Notes: a model not told the origin generated them from the letters alone. A stretch of 64,000 nt of DNA from an uncultured Methanosarcinales archaeon (GCA_963843555.1 CAWJKV010000005.1:289849-353848); one strand, 5' to 3'. Counted from the stretch's first letter, positions 10,733-22,562 are shown. Made by a program: numbers and translations.

Positions 10733-11533
10733 ATGTCATCTATTAAACACGTTGCGATATACGGCAAAGGTGGTATCGGCAAGTCGTGCACTGCCTCGAA
10801 CGTCGCCGCCGCCTGTGCCGAAGAAGGCCATAAGGTGCTGGTTGTAGGTTGCGACCCGAAGAGCGATTCGAGCATAACTCTGGTGGGCAGAAGGATTCCC
10901 ACCATGATGGATCTCATTTTACGGGGTGGAGAGATTGCAGAAAAGGATGTGGTCTTTCAAGGATACAGAGGAGTGAAGTGCATTGAGGTCGGAGGGCCGG
11001 AGCCGGGCGTGGGATGCGCCGGCCGGGGGATAATCGTCGCCATCGATTTCCTGCGCAAGGTCTCCAAGGCTATGGAAGAGGTGGACCTGGTGCTTTACGA
11101 TGTGCCGGGGGACATTGTGTGCGGCGGATTCTCTGCGCCCATCCGCAAGGGGTTGGTGAGCCAGGCTTACATCATCACCTCCGGAGAGTACATGCCTCTT
11201 TATGCCGCGAACAATATCAGTAAAGGCTTACTGCGCTTGAACACGCCTCTGGCGGGAGTGATCTGCAACTCACGTGAGGCTGCTGGAGAGCGGGAGAAGG
11301 AGATTGTGGAGAAATTTGCCAGGGAGCTGAAGAGCCGCCTCGTAGCATTCATTCCCAAAGAACCCATAGTCCAGCAGTGCGAGAGGAGAGCCGTGACTGT
11401 CATCGAGGGTGCGCCCGACTCGAAGATTGCCGACGTCTATCGCGCCCTGGCCAGAGAGATCATGTCTGGCGCCTCCCCCCAAATCCCGCAGCCACTCAGC
11501 GATGAGCGGCTCCGGGAGTTATCCTGCGATTGA
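10733..11533 (+). CDS. cfbC: NifH-like ATP-dependent reductase of F430 biosynthesis
   Basis: [30 protein letters not shown] and DIVCGGF; directly upstream of a cfbB-type gene with no nif genes nearby. Confidence 0.8.
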   Translation: MSSIKHVAIYGKGGIGKSCTASNVAAACAEEGHKVLVVGCDPKSDSSITLVGRRIPTMMDLILRGGEIAEKDVVFQGYRGVKCIEVGGPEPGVGCAGRGIIVAIDFLRKVSKAMEEVDLVLYDVPGDIVCGGFSAPIRKGLVSQAYIITSGEYMPLYAANNISKGLLRLNTPLAGVICNSREAAGEREKEIVEKFARELKSRLVAFIPKEPIVQQCERRAVTVIEGAPDSKIADVYRALAREIMSGASPQIPQPLSDERLRELSCD

Positions 11534-11599
11534 ACTGTAGGGATAAAGAAGCCGGAAAGGTAAGTGAGAAAAGGACGAGAGCAATGGAAGTGTGAAATA

Positions 11600-12983
11600 A
11601 TGAAGGCCGACTGCGCCCGGGTTTTGCTGGCAGGCGATAGAAGCTCCAGCGGCAAGACCACCATAGTTGCCGGTCTGCTCTCCGCCCTGCGTGGTCGCGG
11701 CCAGGTAGTGCAGCCCTTCAAGGTTGCCATGGACTACATCGATCCCAGCTATCACACCTGGATCACCGGGAGGAGCTGCCGCAACCTGGATGGCTATCTC
11801 ATGCCAGAAAAGGCAGTTCGGGAGATATACGCCCACGCAGCTTCAGGCGCGGATGTGGCAGTGATCGAGGGTGTGCGGGGCCTTTACGAGGGTTACGACG
11901 GGGACCTGGGCTCGACGGCCCAGATCGCCAAGATGCTTAATGTGCCCGTCATCTTCGTAGTGGACGCACGCAGCATAACGCGCAGCTGTGCCGCGCTTGT
12001 GAAGGGCTACATGGATTTCGACCCCGAGGTTCAGTTTAAGGGGGTCATACTGAACAAAGTTGGGTCAGCGAGGCATGCCGAGAAGGCCACAAAGGAGATA
12101 GAGCGCTACGCAGGCGTGGAAGTGGTGGGCGTTATCCGCCGCAATGACGACATGCACCTGGCCATGCGGCACCTGGGACTGGTGCCCGTGCTGGAGGGCA
12201 AGACCCGTCACGAGGGTTTCCAAGAGAGAGTGGATCGGATCCGCCAGATCGTAGAGGATGGGCTGGACCTGGATCGCATTCAGGAGATTGCCAGGTCTGC
12301 GGAGCCTCTACCTGAAGCAGAGATCGACCTCTACCGGGAGAGCAGTCTCGGGAAAGGCATTAGCATCGGCGTGGCCAGGGACGAGGCTTTCAACTTCTAC
12401 TACCGGGACAACCTGGAGCTGATGGAGCTGGCCGGAGCCAGGGTGGTTCCTTTCAGCCCGGTGCACGATGCTAGCCCTGCCGGACGTGGACGGCATCTAC
12501 ATCGGCGGTGGTTATCCTGAACTCTATGCCCGTGAGCTATCCGAAAACCGGAGGATGATCAGCTCGCTGGAGAAAGCGCACGAGAAGGATCTGCCCATTT
12601 ACGCCGAATGCGGCGGGCTGATGTACCTCGCGCGTGAGATAGAATGGGATGGCGAGCGGCAGGAGATGGTCGGCCTGGTTCCTGGAAAGGCCAGGCGGGG
12701 AAAAAATCGCATAGTCAGCTATGTGCATGGCCGCATTGAGAAGGACTGTCCGCTCGGGCCCGCAGGCTCCCCGATCATGGGCCATGAGTTCCACCATTCC
12801 GAGATGCTGATGGATGAGAAGGTGAATTACGCCATCCATCTTGAGCGGGGCACGGGCATCGAAGGCGGACATGATGGCGTGTGCGAGGGCAATATGGTGG
12901 CCAGCTACGCTCATATTCATAGCGCATCTTTCCGGGGATTTCCTGCCAACTTCATCAAAGCTTGCCGGGGGAGAAAGGAATAA
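11600..12983 (+). CDS. cfbB: Ni-sirohydrochlorin a,c-diamide synthase (CbiA/CobB family), frameshift near 12475
   Basis: GDRSSSGKTT, DYIDPSYH, IEGVRGLYEG, GGGYPE, YAECGG and GHEFH. Confidence 0.82.
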
Positions 12984-13085
12984 AAGAGCCAACTGTAGAT
13001 CGAAGTTCTAGATCGAATTTTTTCTTAAGATGCCAATGTTCGCTTTTGATTGTGATTACTGAAGGACAAAGAGCATAGCTCCATA

Positions 13086-13325
13086 GATTGTTCCCCGCGG
13101 ACGCAGGGGGGGCCTGCACGGCCATAAGTCGGGCCGTCAACCCCAGCGCGTAGCACCGCGCGGAACCCCGGAAGAAGTTGTGGGACAATTTTTGTAGCGA
13201 ATTAGAATTCATTTAACTGTAAATAGGATCTATCTGATGCTTGCAGGGAAAACGTGAGCACATTCTTCCGGGGCGCCGCTCCAGGCCGCGGCCGGCCGAG
13301 CGACGGCGGTTAAGCTACAGACTAA
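13086..13325 (-). repeat. GC-rich structured non-coding repeat, family AB copy 1
   Basis: Reverse complement aligns with 62701-63000; long imperfect hairpin GTTCC...GGAAC. Confidence 0.85.
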
Positions 13326-13478
13326 AAAGAGAGCAGCCCTTTCTTGACCATGAGACAATAGAGCTCACAGAGCGCCCAGAGTGCCCAGAGCAAAGCCTCT
13401 TGAAATAGCGAAGGCACACATTCAACGCGCAGGTATTTATCGAATGCTGGACTTATTTTATCACAAGGTGATTTAGTT

Positions 13479-13883
13479 ATGGTAAAGATGCCAGCAGAAG
13501 TCAGGGAGACCCTGGAGAAGCAAAAGCCCATACCAATTGCCACAGCGAGCAAGTCGGGAGTTCCCAACGTGGTCTTTGTGGGACTGTTGAAGATCATAGA
13601 CGATGAGACGCTCATGTTGGCGGACAACTTCTTCCTCAAGACCGCTCAGAACCTGATGGATAACCCCAAGATCGCCATCCTATGCTACAACAGCGAAACG
13701 AAGAAGTCCTTCCAGATCAAAGGCAATGTAACGCTCTGCAAAGAGGGCGAGAACTTCGCCGCGATGAAGTCCTGGGTGCACGGAATCAATGACAAGCTGC
13801 CGGCCAAGTCTTGCGTCATGGTCAAGATCACAGAGATCTACAACGCCATGTGGGGACCGGCTGCAGGGAAGCAGATCGCCTGA
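13479..13883 (+). CDS. Pyridoxamine 5'-phosphate oxidase-like FMN-binding protein
   Basis: ATASKSGVPNVV, ADNFFLKTAQNL.NP and FQIKG. Confidence 0.85.
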   Translation: MVKMPAEVRETLEKQKPIPIATASKSGVPNVVFVGLLKIIDDETLMLADNFFLKTAQNLMDNPKIAILCYNSETKKSFQIKGNVTLCKEGENFAAMKSWVHGINDKLPAKSCVMVKITEIYNAMWGPAAGKQIA

Positions 13884-13918
13884 GACGATAACGCTTCTAT
13901 CTTTTTTTCCGGCATTCC

Positions 13919-15670
13919 TCATGGCTCAGAGTCGCCTGTGAATCCAAGTTCCTTTGCCCTGGAAAACGCCTCTTCCGCTTCTGTATCGCGATGAAGTAGC
14001 TTGAGAACTGAACCTCTGTTATGCCAGGCTTGGGAGTGTTGAGGATTGAACTCGATCGCTTTTTCATAGGAGGCCAATGCATTCTCGGCTTGGTTCAATT
14101 TGACAAACGCACCACCCTTGTTGTTCCAGGCATCTGAATCCTGAGGATCAAGCTCAATTGCTTTATTATAGGCAGCCAAGGCGTCCTCAGGCCGATTCAA
14201 TTTGCCATACGCAACACCTTTGTTGTACCAGGCTACATGCAATTGAGGATTGAGCTCGATAGCTTTGTCAAAGGCTGCTAGTGCATCCTCGGATCGGTTC
14301 AATTTGGCAAGTATGATACCCTTATTGTACCAAGCATCGAAATTCTGTGGATTGAGCTCGATCGCACTTTCATATGCCTTCATGGAATTCTCGAGCTGGT
14401 TCAATTTGCCAAGTACATTACCCTTATTGTATCTGGCATCGGAATTTTGAGGATCGAGCTTGATCGCTCTCTCGTAGGCGACAAGTTCCTCTTCGGGCCG
14501 GTTCAATTCGCCGAGCACAACGCCCTTATTGTACCATGCCTTGGAATCCTGAGGATTGAACTCGATCGCTTTATCAAAGGCAGCAAGAGCATTCTCATTT
14601 TCACCTATCAGCCAAAACGTAAATCCAAGGCCGAACGACCCCAGGTCTATTTTGAATTTTCTCACGATCTTGAATATTTTCTTCGTCTCGGTGTAGTCTT
14701 TTTTCTCCACATAAACAAATCCAAGGGCTCCTAACATTTCTATGGCTTTGTTGTATTCTTTTTCTGAATACACTGCTCTGATGCAGCTCCTCTTGGATCT
14801 CCTCAGATCTCTTGCACTGCCCGTCTGCGTATAATTGTAATAGGCCTCCAGCGCCTTTGTGAAGTGCATGAATCCACGCCATGTCTTTGCGGAAACACCC
14901 AAATTGGAATCAGCTAAAGCCAGATCAAAAGCGATCTTGAAGGAGAGATCTCTGATCAAGCCAGGGATGCAATCTTCCAAAGCAGGTCCACCTGCTTTTG
15001 GACCTTGCCTGACCTCCCAGGCCTGGATCTTTCTGCCCTCCAGACAGGCGGCGAGTTCGATCAAAGAACCGAAGCAGCCCAGGGAACCGGTGAGGATTGG
15101 CACAGGCTCGCTCCCCGGGCATAGCCTCTTGAAGGTGACAATAAGGCTTCCGATGGATAGCGTTGTGGAGCCATTTCCCACTGTTCCCATATCAGCTATG
15201 CTGTAATCCAGGGTCTCACTTCTGGGAACTATCGCCGGAATCCTCAGATTCTCCGCCGTCACAGAAATCCCCTCGAATTTATGACTGTGAACATTCAATA
15301 TTCTCTGGAGCTCGCCGGTTAGAAGATCGGAAACCAACTTCCCGTTGTATTTTCCTTGCTCATTGCCAGAGGTCTCGAAAGGCATGATGACAAGGCCCTC
15401 CTCCTTCTTGAAGACCCTGCGAACAAGAAGGATCATGAAGGCCAAGAGAAGAAGAAATGCAGCGATCTTCAGAAGGTTGAATGTTATATCGCTGATTATA
15501 TCGCTGATTATATTCAGTGAGCTAAAAAACCACTCCATGGAGAGAAAAGTCCTGAACCACCAAAAGAATACATTGCCAAGAGAGTCACCTATCTGGGAGA
15601 GAATTTCCAGAAAAAAAAGACGTATTGTAGATTTTCGTCCACGCTTGATTTGGGGTGGCCTGGGATGCAT
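13919..15670 (-). CDS. Membrane-anchored TPR-repeat protein
   Basis: N-terminal hydrophobic segment; about 7 canonical 'AWYNKG..L..L.R.E.AL.A.DKAIELNPQ' repeats. Start uncertain. Confidence 0.85.
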   Translation of the reverse strand: MHPRPPQIKRGRKSTIRLFFLEILSQIGDSLGNVFFWWFRTFLSMEWFFSSLNIISDIISDITFNLLKIAAFLLLLAFMILLVRRVFKKEEGLVIMPFETSGNEQGKYNGKLVSDLLTGELQRILNVHSHKFEGISVTAENLRIPAIVPRSETLDYSIADMGTVGNGSTTLSIGSLIVTFKRLCPGSEPVPILTGSLGCFGSLIELAACLEGRKIQAWEVRQGPKAGGPALEDCIPGLIRDLSFKIAFDLALADSNLGVSAKTWRGFMHFTKALEAYYNYTQTGSARDLRRSKRSCIRAVYSEKEYNKAIEMLGALGFVYVEKKDYTETKKIFKIVRKFKIDLGSFGLGFTFWLIGENENALAAFDKAIEFNPQDSKAWYNKGVVLGELNRPEEELVAYERAIKLDPQNSDARYNKGNVLGKLNQLENSMKAYESAIELNPQNFDAWYNKGIILAKLNRSEDALAAFDKAIELNPQLHVAWYNKGVAYGKLNRPEDALAAYNKAIELDPQDSDAWNNKGGAFVKLNQAENALASYEKAIEFNPQHSQAWHNRGSVLKLLHRDTEAEEAFSRAKELGFTGDSEP

Positions 15671-15889
15671 TAACGAGATCGGAATTGGCTGCCAATGATT
15701 CCAGGAAAATAAGCGAATGGTTCGTCTATCTTCAACTCCCTCGCGTAGAAAAATGAGACTTAAGGTAAATTAAACTATCGACATTAATCAAAATCTGATC
15801 CAAGTTTAATCCTGTCACAATAGCAGCAACGAAAACATTCAAAGGATAGAAAGATCTTGAAACAGGGAACATGGGGGAAGTGTGATTTA

Positions 15890-16171
15890 GTGGCCTTTAG
15901 AATAATGATCTCTCCTCGGGCTCAAAAATACCTAAAGAGCCTGGATAAAAGGGAGGCAGGAATGATTAGAGAGAGCATTGATGAACTGAGGGATGATCCC
16001 TTTACACCCAGGCCAGAGTGCGATATTATTAAGGAAAAAGGAAAGAGGCCGCCACTTTATAGACTGAGAGTAGGAAGGCATCGCGCAGAGTACTTCATTG
16101 AAGATGATACAATTTTCGTATCGAGAATGTTTCTGCGGTCTGGCGATTCAGATTACAGGGTAAGGTTATAA
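15890..16171 (+). CDS. RelE/ParE-family toxin (toxin-first order)
   Basis: 'FRIMISPRAQKYLKSL...DPF.PR..D...KG...YRLRVG..R.EY'. Confidence 0.85.
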   Translation: MAFRIMISPRAQKYLKSLDKREAGMIRESIDELRDDPFTPRPECDIIKEKGKRPPLYRLRVGRHRAEYFIEDDTIFVSRMFLRSGDSDYRVRL

Positions 16172-16207
16172 ATAAAAAGACGAATGAATTGAGATAGAGA
16201 GGTTAAA

Positions 16208-16339
16208 ATGGCTGCCGAGATTAGCAGAGAAGTCCTCACCAAAGAGGAAGAATACGCCGATGCTGAATACAGGCGCTTCCTTAAGGAAAAAAGCAAGTAT
16301 GTAGATTTTGATGATTTTTGCCGCCAAGAAGGAATTTAG
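16208..16339 (+). CDS. Small acidic putative antitoxin (43 aa, not in ORF track)
   Basis: GAGG upstream; MAAEISREVLTKEEEYADAEYRRFLKEKSKYVDFDDFCRQEGI; similar to 58645-58851. Confidence 0.65.
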   Translation: MAAEISREVLTKEEEYADAEYRRFLKEKSKYVDFDDFCRQEGI

Positions 16340-16492
16340 AAAGCGGTTCCACGATCTAATTCATAAATTTATATTATTTTTGCTCGTAGCTTCTGGGTAG
16401 TTATGCAGTTGGGCACATCGAAAGGCTCTCTGGAAATATCGCTATTATCGAAGCAGGTCCGCAATTCATTCGGAACTGCAAAGCCAAGAGAT

Positions 16493-17236
16493 TCAAATTA
16501 TCACGCTCACCAGATCCCAGCCTGCGATCGTCGGCGCCCCGGAGAGCTCTATAACCTGCTCAGCCATCTCATCCTCATGCCCCTCCGCCTGCGGGTAGAG
16601 GTGAGTGAGAATCACGCGCTTTACGTTCTGATTGCGAAGCATATGGCCCAGCTTCCTGGGCGTGCTGTGGTTGGTGACATCAAAGGGCTCAGGGAAAGAG
16701 CACTCATGGATGAGCAGGTCTGCACCATCCGCCAGCGCCGCTACGCGGGCCGAGGGCTCGGTGTCGCCCGAATAGACGATCACTTTATCCTCTGCCTCAA
16801 GGCGATAGGCCAGGGCGGTTACGCTATGGCGCGCCTCTTCTGCAAAGATGTCGAAGCCCTTGATAGAGAAGGAATCCATGGGGGAGAGTTCGTGCACCAC
16901 AGACTGCATCCTTTCCAGGTTAGGGTAAGCACTGCGAACTATCTTAAACCAGATATCAGTTCCGTTGGGGCCATAAATCTCCAGGCCGGGCAAGCCTGAT
17001 AGGTAGCGCGCATTGGCCAGAGCCAGGAGATCTGAGACATGGTCAAGGTGCAGATGCGTGAGCACGACTGTGTCCAGAGGTTCGATGGCCATACCGGCCT
17101 GCTCCAGGCGCAGGAGCGTGCCTGCACCGCAGTCAAAGAGAAGGGGCTGACCGTTCTCCAGCAAGACCGCCGCCTGGGAGCGGCCGGGCTGGGGGATGCC
17201 GACGCCAGTTCCAAGCAAGGTGATTTTCAGGCTCAT
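16493..17236 (-). CDS. RNase Z-like MBL-fold metallohydrolase
   Basis: LLGTG, FDCGAG, THLHLDH, YSGDT, LIHECS and LTHLYP. Confidence 0.88.
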   Translation of the reverse strand: MSLKITLLGTGVGIPQPGRSQAAVLLENGQPLLFDCGAGTLLRLEQAGMAIEPLDTVVLTHLHLDHVSDLLALANARYLSGLPGLEIYGPNGTDIWFKIVRSAYPNLERMQSVVHELSPMDSFSIKGFDIFAEEARHSVTALAYRLEAEDKVIVYSGDTEPSARVAALADGADLLIHECSFPEPFDVTNHSTPRKLGHMLRNQNVKRVILTHLYPQAEGHEDEMAEQVIELSGAPTIAGWDLVSVII

Positions 17237-17273
17237 TCAATAGTATTTTGGACTCGATGGTAAATAATGGTAT

Positions 17274-17609
17274 TCATGACCTTATCATAACCAATAGCAT
17301 CTTAAATTTGCTTAGAGCCTTGAGGGCATGAGTCTCGCCGGCAGGCAAGATCACATGGTCGCCTTGGCCCAGATGGTACGATTTTCCTGAGATCTTAATC
17401 TCGACCTCTCCATCAATGACATGCACAAGTGCATCAAAGGGTGCTGTGTGCTCGCTTAAACCCTGGCCTTCATCAAAGGCAAAAAGCGTTACTGTCCCAG
17501 TGCTTTTGCGAATTATCTCCCGGCTCACCACTGATTCGTCCTGATAGCCTACCAGATCCGCAAGCTTCTGGACCTTTGGTATACTGATATCGTTCTCTTT
17601 TTCTGTCAT
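17274..17609 (-). CDS. Cupin domain protein
   Basis: FAFDEGQGLSEHTAPFDA and PAGETHAL. Confidence 0.9.
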   Translation of the reverse strand: MTEKENDISIPKVQKLADLVGYQDESVVSREIIRKSTGTVTLFAFDEGQGLSEHTAPFDALVHVIDGEVEIKISGKSYHLGQGDHVILPAGETHALKALSKFKMLLVMIRS

Positions 17610-17627
17610 CTAAAAATTCTCCTAATT

Positions 17628-18033
17628 CTAAATCATCTGAACATTTATGGTCGCTCTCGCTTTCTCATACATTTTTCTGTCAAGGGTCAAAGCGTCACTT
17701 CTCCCTCTCTGCTGCTGCCAGGAAGAGCGAATCATAAAATGTCGTCTTATTCTCCAAAGCAATCTCGTAAGCCAATTCAGCCAGATCTGAGGTGAGAATC
17801 ACTCTGCATGCTTTAATGAATTCCAGGCATTTGGAGAGCGACTCTCTGGTGGAGTCTTTGCTTTCCTTAAACAGGGCGACCCTCTTCCAGGCAGCATTGC
17901 CAACTTCCGTTACGGCAAGATCAAGTGTAATCGGACTGAGTAGATCTACAGCATCTATTGCCCGTTGAGATGCGTCTTCTTCAAAGTAGGGGGCAAATAT
18001 AACACCTGAATCAAGGACAGCTCTATCTCGCAT
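17628..18033 (-). CDS. vapC: VapC/PIN toxin, frameshift near 17697
   Basis: VLDSGV, EVGNAAWK and TFYDSLFLAAA; the TLDRKMYEK tail is in a shifted frame ending at 17628. Confidence 0.85.
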
Positions 18034-18255
18034 CCCTGTCCTCTCTTATCAGTTCAGATCCACTAACGCCTATATTCTTCGTCGCCTTTCTCAGCTCTCC
18101 TGCCTCACTAAGGAGAATATGTCTTCTCTTCTCCCTGACCAGCTCCTCGACCGCCTGCCGGAGATCCGGCTGCCAGTTAACGTCCTTCATTTCAGCCATC
18201 ATTTGCCGGTCTTCTGCAGGGACGCGAATTTGTATACACACAACTTGCAGACATA
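18023..18255 (-). CDS. vapB: VapB-type antitoxin (likely 5' frameshift)
   Basis: 'IRVP...MM.EM.DVNW..LR...LIREDRDAR' overlapping the vapC start; paralog of 59278-59505. Confidence 0.8.
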
Positions 18256-18780
18256 ATGTTATGTTTATGTTAAAGATATATACATATTACTGTCTCCTCT
18301 AATACATCATAAACTTTTAAGATGAGAACGGCCCAAAGAAGCACTGGGGTTAGAGAATGTTTTGCAACAACTCAAGGGAGGACGGGGAAGTTAAAATGGC
18401 TAAGAACTCCTCCTGGCTTTCCTTCCCTTCCTGCCGAGGAGAGCGAAATCAACAGCATTTTGTCGATGCTGATTGGAAATGAAATAGGCCCGGGCAAGGT
18501 CGGAGGCTATTTGGAGAAGTTTCGATCTCATGTTGCAGCCCAAAAGGCCAGATACCTGCCTTTGCGACTCGCGTCGGCCAACCAGGAAAGCATTAGAGCT
18601 GCCTGGCATAGTGGCGGCGCTCCCGAAAATGTCAAAGACTGGGCGAGCGCGGGTGCGGCAGGGCAGAGATAGTCGTTATGACCTTGAAGTCTGAATACAG
18701 CCGCTAATCCGGGGTTGGGTTTAAGTATCAGCAAAAAGGTTCTTTCTTCCAGTCAACTAAGAAATTTCCGGGTGATATTT

Positions 18781-20037
18781 TTGCAGAAGAGCGTCGTCAA
18801 GGATCCAGGTCTGGCAGAAGCAGGGGAGAAGCGCATCGAATGGTCCCGCAGGCACATGCCCGTTCTGGAGAAGATCAAGCAAGAGTTCGAAAGGGACAAG
18901 CCCCTCAAGGGCGCGCGCATCGTAGCCTGCCTGCATGTGACTGTGGAGACGGCCAACCTCATAACTACTCTCGTGGCGGGCGGAGCCGAGGTGGCAGTCA
19001 CAGGCTCCAATCCTCTCTCCACTCAGGATGAAGTGGCAGCAGCTCTTGCAGCTCGCGGCCTTCACGTCTACGCCTTCCGGGGCGAGAACGAAAAAGAGTA
19101 CTATGAGTGCATCAAGAAGGCCCTGGAGCTCAAGCCCAATGTCAGCCTGGACGACGGCGCCGACACCATCGCCATTATCCACAAGGAGCAGCCGGAGCTT
19201 GCCGCCCAGATGTTTGGCGGCTGCGAGGAGACCACCACCGGAGTCGTGCGCCTGCGGGCCATGGCCGAGGATAATGCGCTGCTCTACCCGGTAATAGCCG
19301 TCAACGATGCCGAGACCAAGATGATGTTCGACAACCGCTATGGCACGGGCCAGAGCACATTGCACGGCATTATGCAGGCCACTAATTTTCTCTTTGCCGG
19401 AAAAACCGTGGTCGTGGGTGGCTATGGTTGGTGCGGCCGGGGATTTGCCATGCGGGCCCATGGCCTGGGTGCTAATGTCATCGTCATAGAGATCGAGCCG
19501 CGCAAAGCCCTGGAGGCTGCTATGGACGGCTACCGGGTCATGCCTATGCTGCAGGCGGCCCCCCTGGGAGATCTATTTGTCACCCTCACCGGCGACATAA
19601 ACGTCATCCGAAAAGAGCACTTCGAGTTGATGAAGGACCAGGCAATCCTTGCCAACAGCGGTCACTTCAATGTGGAGATCGACATACCCTCACTGGAGAA
19701 GATGGCATCAGAGAAGAATGAGATACAAAACAACGTCACAGAGTATAAGCTCAAAGACGGCCGCAGGCTTTACCTGCTGGCGGAAGGCCGGCTGATCAAT
19801 TTGGCTGCTGCCTACGGCCACCCTCCCGAGGTCATGGACATGTCCTTCGCCAACCAGGCACTGGCAGTGCGCTACATTGTAGAACACGGCCGAAACCTGG
19901 AGAAGAAGGTCTATGCCGTGCCTGTGGAGATCGATCGCAGAGTAGCGGAGCTGAAACTGGCCTCCATGGGTCTTGAGACGGAGAAGCTCACTGCCGAACA
20001 GGACAAATACATGCATAGCTGGCAGATGGGGACTTGA
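18781..20037 (+). CDS. ahcY: Adenosylhomocysteinase
   Basis: [41 protein letters not shown] and EGRLINL. Confidence 0.97.
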   Translation: MQKSVVKDPGLAEAGEKRIEWSRRHMPVLEKIKQEFERDKPLKGARIVACLHVTVETANLITTLVAGGAEVAVTGSNPLSTQDEVAAALAARGLHVYAFRGENEKEYYECIKKALELKPNVSLDDGADTIAIIHKEQPELAAQMFGGCEETTTGVVRLRAMAEDNALLYPVIAVNDAETKMMFDNRYGTGQSTLHGIMQATNFLFAGKTVVVGGYGWCGRGFAMRAHGLGANVIVIEIEPRKALEAAMDGYRVMPMLQAAPLGDLFVTLTGDINVIRKEHFELMKDQAILANSGHFNVEIDIPSLEKMASEKNEIQNNVTEYKLKDGRRLYLLAEGRLINLAAAYGHPPEVMDMSFANQALAVRYIVEHGRNLEKKVYAVPVEIDRRVAELKLASMGLETEKLTAEQDKYMHSWQMGT

Positions 20038-21140
20038 AAGGGGGGTGTTCGGCCTTGGATCTGTTGAGGGAGAATCTGGAGGCATACCTGAAGAGCCTCT
20101 ATGGAAACGATCTTACGCTCATTAGCCTGCAGAAGCTGGGTGAGACCATCCCTACCACAGAGGACGTGAAGGGATTCGGATATGGATCGCCTCTGCTGGT
20201 GGAGTATCAGGTCTCGGGAAAAAAAGGCTCTAGCGTACTCTCTTCCATGCGCGTGCAGCACGGCTTCGGCCATGACCATTTCTCCGACCGGGCGAGGATA
20301 ATGATCTGGCAGAACTCGACCTTTGCCAATCTACCCAAGCATGTCCCATCTCTTGACGTGGGCTACTTCACAGAAAAAGGGAAGCTGGTATCAGCCGGAG
20401 ACGCTCGCGAGTATTTCTTGCTCATGGAGAAGATCGAGGGAAAGGAGTACTTCTTCGATCTGGAGAGGGTCAAAGAGCAGGGAGCGACAGAACTGGACCG
20501 CGACCGGGTCATCGCCCTCTCCAATTATCTTGCTGAGATTCATTCCGTCAAGAACGACTGCCCACCGCTATATCTGCGCAAGATCAGGGAGACGGTGGGA
20601 GATGGTGAGTGCATTTTCGGCATCCTGGACGACTACCCGGAAAACCCCAGTTTCCTGGACCCGGATGAGCTGCAAGAGATGGAGAAGGTCTGCGTGGAAT
20701 GGCGCTGGAGGCTTCATGACAAAGCCCGCCGCCTCTGTCAGGTGCATGGCGATTTTCATCCCTGGAATATCATGTTCCGGGAGGGCACGGACTTCTCCGT
20801 CCTGGACAGAAGCCGGGGAGAGTGGGGTGAAGCGGCTGACGACATCACCGCTCTGGCCATGAATTACATCTTCTACTCGGTGCAAAAGAGCCTGCGACTG
20901 ACAGGTGATTTGAAAGACCTCTTTGAGCTCTTCTTTGAGAACTACCTGGAGAAGACTGGAGACGACGAACTCCTGGAGGTTATCGCACCATTCTTCGCAT
21001 TCCGAGCGGTGGTCGTAGCCAGCCCCACCTGGTATCCGCTTCTCTCTGATGATGTTCGAAGGGCGCTCTTCAATTTCCTGGAGAAGGTTCTGGCCTCGAA
21101 GCGATTCAATTTCAGGGATGTGAACAGCTACCTGGATTGA
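20034..21140 (+). CDS. Aminoglycoside phosphotransferase (APH)-fold kinase
   Basis: Brenner motif HGDFHPWNI and LDRSRG. Confidence 0.8.
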   Translation: MKGGCSALDLLRENLEAYLKSLYGNDLTLISLQKLGETIPTTEDVKGFGYGSPLLVEYQVSGKKGSSVLSSMRVQHGFGHDHFSDRARIMIWQNSTFANLPKHVPSLDVGYFTEKGKLVSAGDAREYFLLMEKIEGKEYFFDLERVKEQGATELDRDRVIALSNYLAEIHSVKNDCPPLYLRKIRETVGDGECIFGILDDYPENPSFLDPDELQEMEKVCVEWRWRLHDKARRLCQVHGDFHPWNIMFREGTDFSVLDRSRGEWGEAADDITALAMNYIFYSVQKSLRLTGDLKDLFELFFENYLEKTGDDELLEVIAPFFAFRAVVVASPTWYPLLSDDVRRALFNFLEKVLASKRFNFRDVNSYLD

Positions 21141-21148
21141 AGAAGAAA

Positions 21149-22204
21149 ATGAAAACCTACGCCTTCGAACTCTCCGGGGAACATGAAACTCTGCCCAGAT
21201 GTGAAGCTCTGGCTCTGGTGGAGATCAATTCCACCAGCTTTCAGGAGACGGCCTTCCTGGACCAGTGCCTGATCGTCGAGGCGGAAGGCCTCGATTTGCA
21301 GCTGCTGGCTGAGCGCCTGGCTATGACTCATCGCATTATCGAGGTCCTGACGATCTGCGACGCAAATCTGGAGGCTCTTGCTGGGTGTGCAGGCGGCCTG
21401 GATCTTCCTAAGAAGAGATATCTGGTCAGGGCTCGACGGATCAAGGACGCTGCGCCCGGTGCAGATGCCGTGGAGCATGAGGTGGGACGAGTTCTCTTTC
21501 AGAAAGGCTACAAGGCAGACCTGAAAGATCCGGAGATGGTGTTGAGGGCCATTATCACATCAGGAAAGATAATCATAGGGATGGAAGCGGCCGTAATGGA
21601 TCGCAGCTCTTTTGAGTGGCGCCGTCCACATCTAAAGCCCTTTTTTCACCCCGGCGTTCTCATGCCGCGCATGGCCCGCTCATTGGTCAACCTTACCCAG
21701 ACTCGTGCTGGTGAAAGGCTGCTCGACCCCTTTGCAGGAACCTGCGGCATTCTGATCGAGGCCTGTCTGATTGGCATTGAGGGTGTGGGCATCGAAGTTC
21801 AAGCTCGGCTGGTGAAGGGAGCTCTCTGCAACCTCCACAACCAGGATTGCAGTCTCGTACTGGGAGATGCAAAGCGTCTGCCCCTGCAAGATGCTTCCAT
21901 GGACGGAGCCGTCCTGGATACGCCCTATGGAAGGTCGGCCAAGATACTGGCCGTCTCCAAAGAACTACTCCTGGAGGAGAGCCTGGGGGAGCTATTTCGG
22001 GTGATCAAGCCCGGCAGACGCATGGTAATCGTGGCGGATGCGCCCCTGGATGACATGCTGGCCAATGCCGGGTTTAGCATCATCCAAAAACATACAGACC
22101 GGGTGCATCGAAGCCTGACCAGGCATATTTTTGTTGCCAAAAAAGGGGATGAGATGCGAACAATGCTGCAAGATAAAATGTCAAAAACTTTTGACTTGTC
22201 TTAA
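21149..22204 (+). CDS. THUMP plus SAM-dependent tRNA m2G10 methyltransferase (Trm11/TrmG10-like)
   Basis: FELSGEH, RPHLKPFFHPG..PR.AR..VN, DPFAGTCG, DTPYGR and VHRSLTRHI. Confidence 0.85.
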   Translation: MKTYAFELSGEHETLPRCEALALVEINSTSFQETAFLDQCLIVEAEGLDLQLLAERLAMTHRIIEVLTICDANLEALAGCAGGLDLPKKRYLVRARRIKDAAPGADAVEHEVGRVLFQKGYKADLKDPEMVLRAIITSGKIIIGMEAAVMDRSSFEWRRPHLKPFFHPGVLMPRMARSLVNLTQTRAGERLLDPFAGTCGILIEACLIGIEGVGIEVQARLVKGALCNLHNQDCSLVLGDAKRLPLQDASMDGAVLDTPYGRSAKILAVSKELLLEESLGELFRVIKPGRRMVIVADAPLDDMLANAGFSIIQKHTDRVHRSLTRHIFVAKKGDEMRTMLQDKMSKTFDLS

Positions 22205-22319
22205 AGCTCTATAGTCGATTGTGAAGACGCAAAGAGGAACCGCGACAGCCAATTTCTGCCGGTTATTCTATTCCTGCATCATAATACCATTGTTGATACT
22301 CATTATTTTTCTATTTTTA

Positions 22320-22562
22320 TTAATATATCTCTTTCTGAATCGCTTTGAGACTCCCCAAGAGCTCTGTTCCCTTTTCCGTAGTTTCATATACTAAAGAAGG
22401 TTCTTGTTTAGCATCAATAAACCCCTTTTCGGTCAATAATTTTAAATACGGGTCTACAGTTCTGAAATTGAGATTCGCCTGGTACACTATCCGAGTCTTA
22501 TTTGCACCATGAGTACAAATATACAATATCTGAGATATGATCAGATCGCGGCTGCGTTTCAC
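22320..22562 (-). CDS. Small winged-helix regulator (HTH_45 type)
   Basis: 'KRSRD.II..IL..C..GA.KT.IVYQANLNF...YL..L...Y.TTEKG'. Confidence 0.88.
   Translation of the reverse strand: MKRSRDLIISQILYICTHGANKTRIVYQANLNFRTVDPYLKLLTEKGFIDAKQEPSLVYETTEKGTELLGSLKAIQKEIY

Noticed and set aside
10733..11533. Nitrogenase nifH
   Set aside because: No nifI/nifDK neighbours; adjacency to a cfbB-type gene favours cfbC.
13990..14600. 102-bp periodic DNA repeats
   Set aside because: Explained by tandem 34-aa TPR coding units.
18431..18500. CTGCCGAGGAGAGCG upstream of ahcY resembles an SAH riboswitch core
   Set aside because: Pairing partners are poor, and it lies upstream of the probable ahcY TATA box.
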